Of a DNA stretch of 64,000 bases, positions 59,338 to 64,000 are shown piece after piece; the stretch's first letter is position 1; each line of letters begins with the position of its first letter. The notes under the pieces are model-generated. The model did not search any database and had not been told where the DNA came from. It worked only from the letters and a program-made list of their open reading frames with translations. This DNA is from an uncultured Acidobacteriota bacterium. GTDB lineage: Bacteria > Acidobacteriota > UBA6911. A program made the translations under genes and the position numbers. The DNA lies in NCBI GenBank assembly GCA_963809485.1, contig CAWEJX010000017.1, positions 96,001 through 160,000 on the forward strand. Direction: 5' to 3'.

Positions 59338-59430
59338 GGGGCACAGTCACGAATGTCCCCGATACGCTCGCCTTTTTCCTGCGTCTGAATTGGGGATCTG
59401 AATTGGGGACACTCGGGACTGTCCCCCCTT
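59336..59430. repeat. REP/REPIN-like doublet palindrome between convergent genes
   Basis: aaggggcacagtcacgaatgtcccc ... ggggacactcgggactgtcccccctt; same family as 25838. Confidence 0.7.
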
Positions 59431-60203
59431 TACCCAAACATGCTGCTGGCTGCAGCGCCGATCACTGCAATAACGGCGTAAACGCCAGCAATCCAGATAG
59501 CGGCGGTCGACGTCTTCAATTTTCGGGAAACGGCCGAATAGCCGATCGCCAGCAGCGCGATGATCCATATGGCGAATATGTCCACATACCCGGCCAGTCG
59601 CATTAAAAATTTCGGCAAGGCATCCTCGCCCAAAATGCCGGCAAACACCGCTCCGAGGTTCGAGGCAACCAGGGAGTTTATGTTTGAAATGTCCACCCCC
59701 CCGGAACCTTTAAGAGAAAGAATGAGCACAATCAGCGCATATTGGATAATCGAGACCGCAATCATGGCGTAGATCGTGACTGCAAAGACGGATTTGAACC
59801 TGTTTTCAGCCCCAATGAGGCTGCTGATCAGTTTGAACCCCGCCGCGACTAAAAGCGTCACGGCAAGGCTCCCAAAGGCGGCGAAGACGACCATCTGTGT
59901 GCTCGCAAACTTCGATACCAGGGCTAATTGCTGTTCCATTTGTTCCTGAGTCATTCTGCCCGCGGCAACTGCCTCTTCCATACGTCCCGCCATCATGGAT
60001 TCCACATCCAGGTTTCTCGACAAATAAATGCCGGCCAGGGCACCGATGACAATCATTGCAATGATCGGTACAAGCACCTTCGGCGAAAGGCCGATTTCCC
60101 GGAAGGTTTCCCGCGGGGAGAAATAGACTCCCGCGAGCCTGCTGAAAAAATTTTTCGATTCAGGCAATTCCGTTCCCGGCGCAGATTCACTCCTGGATTC
60201 CAT
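59430..60203 (-). CDS. Yip1-family membrane protein
   Basis: GVYFSPRETFREI motif; about 5 TM segments; DIFAIW..LLAIG. Confidence 0.85.
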   Translation of the reverse strand: MESRSESAPGTELPESKNFFSRLAGVYFSPRETFREIGLSPKVLVPIIAMIVIGALAGIYLSRNLDVESMMAGRMEEAVAAGRMTQEQMEQQLALVSKFASTQMVVFAAFGSLAVTLLVAAGFKLISSLIGAENRFKSVFAVTIYAMIAVSIIQYALIVLILSLKGSGGVDISNINSLVASNLGAVFAGILGEDALPKFLMRLAGYVDIFAIWIIALLAIGYSAVSRKLKTSTAAIWIAGVYAVIAVIGAAASSMFG

Positions 60204-60615
60204 CGTCGCAGCTCCCTTCTTCAGGTCTATGGACATGAATTTCAAAGAAAACGGTCTCAGTATACAGGATAGCCGACACTGTGATCCCCTGATTTGTTGG
60301 AATTCTAAGGACCAGAGACTTGGTAAGAAGTCAACAATTTACGGCAGAGCCGCCGAAGCAGGTAAGCGATATGAAATCCGGTCTAACGGAAATTCCGATT
60401 CATTTTGCTGCTTGATTTTGAGGGTTTGCTGTATCATGCCTGAAGCAGTATCCGGAAGTTGGAGCTATTTTGCATACGTGTTTATAGAAATGATTCTTAT
60501 TGCACAGGTACACCACGGCCCCACGGTGAGTCCGCAGCCATCCGACGATACATCTGTGGAGCGGCCGCCGGACGGCATTGCTACCCGTCAGGCCGACAAT
60601 TAAGGAGGGCGCATC

Positions 60616-61338
60616 ATGGCTGATGAAGTCACCCAGAACGGTGAAGGAACCGGATTGGATCGCAGGAGCTTTCTGAAGAGCGCGGGCGTCGTTGTCGCCG
60701 GCGGCACGCTGGGAGCCGGCCTCTTGCCTGCTCCGCAGGCAGCGGCAGCCGAAGCCGCACCCACAACGCTGACGAATTTCCGATGCCCGATCGACGGTAA
60801 GGATTTCAATACCTTCGCCGCCCTGCAAAAGCACTTTGGCGAGGCGCATCCCGGCGCCGTCATCCCGGTGACCACCAGGCTCAAGGTCAACGGAAAAGAT
60901 TACGAAGTCCTGATCGAGCCGCACTGGACTCTGCAGCGCACGCTCCAGTTCAGGCTGGGTTTGACCGGCGCCAAGCAGATGTGCGACCGCGGCGTGTGCG
61001 GCTCCTGCACCGTCATCATCGACGGCAGGGCCGTTTTGTCCTGCACCACGCTCGCCGTCGAGTGCGAAGGCAAATCGATCGAGACAGTGGAGGGCATCGC
61101 CGCCAATCCCAAGTGGAAGCCGCTCATTCAGTCTTACTGCAAGTGGGATGCCATGCAATGCGGCTATTGCACGCCGGGATTCGTGGTTTCCGCCAAAGCC
61201 CTTCTGGACAAAAACCCCAATCCGAGCGAGAACGACTGCAAGCAGGCGCTCGCCGGCAATATCTGCTGTTGCGGAACCTACCCGAGGCATCCTACTGCGA
61301 TCATGGAAGCGGCGCAGGTGATGAAGGGAGGGGCATAG
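60616..61338 (+). CDS. Tat-exported 2x[2Fe-2S] subunit of a xanthine-oxidoreductase-family enzyme (PaoA/CoxS-like)
   Basis: DRRSFLK; LTGAKQMCDRGVCGSCTV..SC, QCGYCTPG and GNICCCG motifs. Confidence 0.92.
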   Translation: MADEVTQNGEGTGLDRRSFLKSAGVVVAGGTLGAGLLPAPQAAAAEAAPTTLTNFRCPIDGKDFNTFAALQKHFGEAHPGAVIPVTTRLKVNGKDYEVLIEPHWTLQRTLQFRLGLTGAKQMCDRGVCGSCTVIIDGRAVLSCTTLAVECEGKSIETVEGIAANPKWKPLIQSYCKWDAMQCGYCTPGFVVSAKALLDKNPNPSENDCKQALAGNICCCGTYPRHPTAIMEAAQVMKGGA

Positions 61339-61384
61339 CATTGCCGATCTCCAAAGGGCAAACGGGAAAAGAAGAAATTGACGG

Positions 61385-61544
61385 ATTTCCAGTTCAGAGT
61401 TTCCAGTTCCCGGTTGGATGTTTTAACTGGAAACTGGGAACTCATAAAGCGCTGGGCAAGGCATAAATAACGTTTCCGGTTTCCGGTTTCCCGTTTGGGA
61501 TTTAAGGTTTTCAACGGGAAACGGGAAACGCTGAACGGGAAACG
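61385..61544. repeat. Two heptamer-based palindromic repeats
   Basis: tttccag/aactgga units, then tttccgg/aacggga units, each arranged as an inverted array. Confidence 0.7.
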
Positions 61545-61559
61545 CCAAGGAGAGATGAG

Positions 61560-62510
61560 ATGAAAGCATTCAACCATACGAACGCAAAGACCCTGGCGGA
61601 AGCCAGAACCGCCCTCGCCGGCGGCAAAGCCAACCTGATTGCCGGCGGCACTGATCTGATCGGTACGCTCAAGGACAACATCCTTCCCGCCTACCCCGCC
61701 ACCCTGGTCAACATCAAGACCATCGTCCCTGGGCTCGACTACATCAAGGAGGAGGCGGGCATGCTCAAGGTCGGCGCCACCACGCGCCTGGCCGACATCG
61801 CCTCCAGTCCCGTCGTCAATCAAAAGTACACAGCCCTCGCCCAGGCAGCTTCAAGGGTGGGCACTCCGCATGTCCGGGACATGGCCACCATCGGCGGCAA
61901 CATCGCCCAATTGCACCGCTGCTGGTATTTCCGCAAGCCGGAGAACCGGTTCAACTGCATCCGCAAGGGCGGGACCACCTGCTTTGCCATGACGGGCGAC
62001 AACCGATACCACTCGATCTTCGGCAACGTCAACCGCTGCATCGCCGTCCATCCCAGCGACGTGGCCCCCGCGCTCATCGCTCTGGACGCGAAAGTGGTCA
62101 CCAACAAGCGCACGATCGATGCGGAGAATTTCTTTGACGTCAAGTTCCCGGGCAACACGGTCCTGGCCGTCGATGAGATCGTCACCGAGATCCGCGTCCC
62201 GGCTCCCCCGGCCGGAGCGAAGAGCGCCTTTATCAAGTTCGCCATCCGCAAGTCGATCGATTTCCCGATCGTCAACTGCGCCGTGAGGGTGGGCGGCGCG
62301 ACGCCGCGCATCTGCCTCAACGCGGTCGCGCCCAAGCCCTACCGCGCGCTCAAGGCGGAGGCGGCCATCGCGGGTAAGCCCATCAATGATGCGAATGCGG
62401 AGGCGGCGGGAGCGGCGGCCGTGGAAGACGCCAAACCGCTTCAGGCGACCAAGTACAAAGTCCAGCTGGCCAAAGTCATGGTCAAACGGGCCCTTCTGGC
62501 AACCGTCTGA
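61560..62510 (+). CDS. FAD-binding subunit of a xanthine-oxidoreductase-family enzyme (PaoB/YagS-like, with [4Fe-4S] insert)
   Basis: IAGGTDL, ATIGGN, RCWYFR..C..KGG..C and HPSDVAPALIAL motifs. Confidence 0.92.
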   Translation: MKAFNHTNAKTLAEARTALAGGKANLIAGGTDLIGTLKDNILPAYPATLVNIKTIVPGLDYIKEEAGMLKVGATTRLADIASSPVVNQKYTALAQAASRVGTPHVRDMATIGGNIAQLHRCWYFRKPENRFNCIRKGGTTCFAMTGDNRYHSIFGNVNRCIAVHPSDVAPALIALDAKVVTNKRTIDAENFFDVKFPGNTVLAVDEIVTEIRVPAPPAGAKSAFIKFAIRKSIDFPIVNCAVRVGGATPRICLNAVAPKPYRALKAEAAIAGKPINDANAEAAGAAAVEDAKPLQATKYKVQLAKVMVKRALLATV

Positions 62511-62653
62511 TCTGAGATTCCTGATTCGAGATTCGAGGTTGGCATCATTCAATCTCGAATCTCGAATCGTATTCTGTCGAGCCAATCTGCAAAAAACTGC
62601 TACTCTGCCGAACAGCCGCGAAGCACATGGAAGTCCGCAACCCCCAACAAAGA

Positions 62654-63039
62654 GTCAGGTACCTCCGGCAAAGCCGGAGGCTTGAAAGATTTGAACCGCT
62701 CAAAGCGGTTGGAGGAGTTACGCCGGTCTTGAACGCTGACTTACGCGGGCAAAAGCCGATGAGGCGCTTCCGATCCCCGCAGGGGCCAGCGCTCCGCGCT
62801 GGTCAGTTTTCTGCGGCGGCACTGTGGCAAGCGCCGTGCGGCAAGGAGATGAAGGGTATGAGAAACCGGGCGTTTGCCACAGTGCCGCCGCAGAAAACTC
62901 CATCGGAAGCGCCTCATCGGCTTTTGCTCGCCGACCCTCGCCGAACAAATCGGCGTGTGTCAGCGCTTTTATCAGCGTTTCAAAATACGGAGCTGTCAAA
63001 CCTTGTGAGTCTCCCAAAGAAGCGGGGGATTGCCAGTTT
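62654..63039 (-). mobile_element. Non-autonomous IS200/IS605-end element with nested 185-bp palindromic insert
   Basis: Near-identical to 23274..23474 except for the extra segment 62747..62931. Confidence 0.72.
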
Positions 63040-63041
63040 AT

Positions 63042-63653
63042 TTAGCCAGGAATAGCCGCACCTGAGGCTTCATAAGTGGGTGTGAACATGATATGCCCAA
63101 ACATGATCGGCCGATCTACCCTTTTGAAATTTAGCGGGCAGTGAAAAACATTCTTCGGCACGAACACCCATGTGGTGGTGGTGATTAAGTGTTTTTCTCC
63201 CTCCTCGCCCATCACCAGTTCGACTTCAGCCCCGAAATCCTTGAAATTCATAGGATTGCCCCCGATGAAGTACAGAATTTCGGCGCAATTATGCCGGTGT
63301 CCATTGGGTATCATGACCATGGGTTTATAAATCGGGCGCAGGACTTGGGTAATCGGCTCATCCCAGTCCTTTACGGCGACTTCCTGCCCGATCCCTATGT
63401 ATACCGGAGCATTGGGGTCCGGATTGCCCTTGCCTGGCAGTCCCCAGGGCTCTCTCAAGAAATATTTCCCGTACTTCGTGTCAGTCATTTCCATCTCCTC
63501 CCGGTATTTTCCGTCAAAAGTATCGGTCGCCGCATTCGGCAATGGCGGAACGGCTCCGGCCATCCAGTTCAGGATTGAACTCGCAGCTGCAACAGCTGCG
63601 CCCCCCGTCGCTACTGCCTTCACAAAACTTCGCCTTGTCGAATTACACTTCAT
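63042..63653 (-). CDS. Tat-signal cupin-domain protein
   Basis: TRRSFVK leader; GHRHNCAE, FGAEVEL and VPKNVFHCP motifs. Confidence 0.78.
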   Translation of the reverse strand: MKCNSTRRSFVKAVATGGAAVAAASSILNWMAGAVPPLPNAATDTFDGKYREEMEMTDTKYGKYFLREPWGLPGKGNPDPNAPVYIGIGQEVAVKDWDEPITQVLRPIYKPMVMIPNGHRHNCAEILYFIGGNPMNFKDFGAEVELVMGEEGEKHLITTTTWVFVPKNVFHCPLNFKRVDRPIMFGHIMFTPTYEASGAAIPG

Positions 63654-64000
63654 CTCTGCGGCTCCTGTCTGCTGCGGCCCTGGACGTTTTGGCAATTATA
63701 TCCAAACCAGGCTCGATTCATTGAGTACTAAAAATTCCTGGCAATACGTATTAAGCATGCGCCGCTGGAGAAGATATCCCTGCGAACCAACCTCGTTCTG
63801 GACGAAAAGCTTGTGGAATAAAATATCCTGCTGGAGAGCCGTCCTCATTAAAAAAAATGGCCGAAAGCTGACGTCCTGCGTGGCTATTTCCTTTTTATAG
63901 AAACAAAATCCAGCGCAGCCGTTTCCTCCCCGTCAGGTATCCCTTCAATGTGGATCCGGTCGCCCGGGCGGAGCTCAAGTCCCCTAATTCTCCGGCGGCT

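Noticed and set aside
60250-60615. Moco riboswitch upstream of the molybdoenzyme subunits
   Set aside because: Some hairpins are present, but I could not match the conserved Moco motif elements.
63700-64000. Coding sequence at the right edge
   Set aside because: No convincing ORF or motif in the available sequence.

Overview
This is bacterial chromosomal DNA, probably from an anaerobic member of the Acidobacteriota. That assignment is inferred from the Acidobacteria-type VWA, TPR and Ig-like exported proteins found together with Hdr/Mvh/MetV redox genes. Positions 1-16.4 kb are accessory: an Ig-like lipoprotein, cupins, a three-gene transhydrogenase pntAAB, a HybA/NrfD/GcvH-like membrane redox module, a hexaheme cytochrome c, DUF362, a 6S-like RNA candidate and tRNA-Phe. 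Positions 16.7-40 kb are mostly housekeeping: DUF72, SAM hydrolase, cysteine desulfurase, rnd, a two-component system, dtd, DinG, NUDIX, RluA, ttcA, cyclophilin and an MFS transporter. The most notable region is 40.2-55.5 kb, a co-directional operon with a sigma-54 promoter. It encodes a split glutamate-synthase-like enzyme (GATase-GXGXG, one intact FMN barrel and one degenerate barrel), a ~1500-aa HdrA with an embedded GltD-like module, two MvhD proteins, MetV, and a MetF-like protein lacking both folate-catalytic acid residues. Next to it is an enhancer-binding protein with a degenerate KaiC/RAD55-like sensor domain, with candidate palindromic binding sites. Positions 55.6-64 kb hold a TPR protein, tyrS, an MBL hydrolase, Yip1, Tat-exported xanthine-oxidoreductase-family small and medium subunits without the Mo subunit, and a Tat-cupin. 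Intergenic DNA contains non-autonomous IS200/IS605-end elements (one with a nested 185-bp hairpin) and REP-like palindromes. Three single-base frameshifts (MFS, hdrA, tyrS) probably include sequencing indels. All calls come from reading the sequence by eye; no database searches were run.
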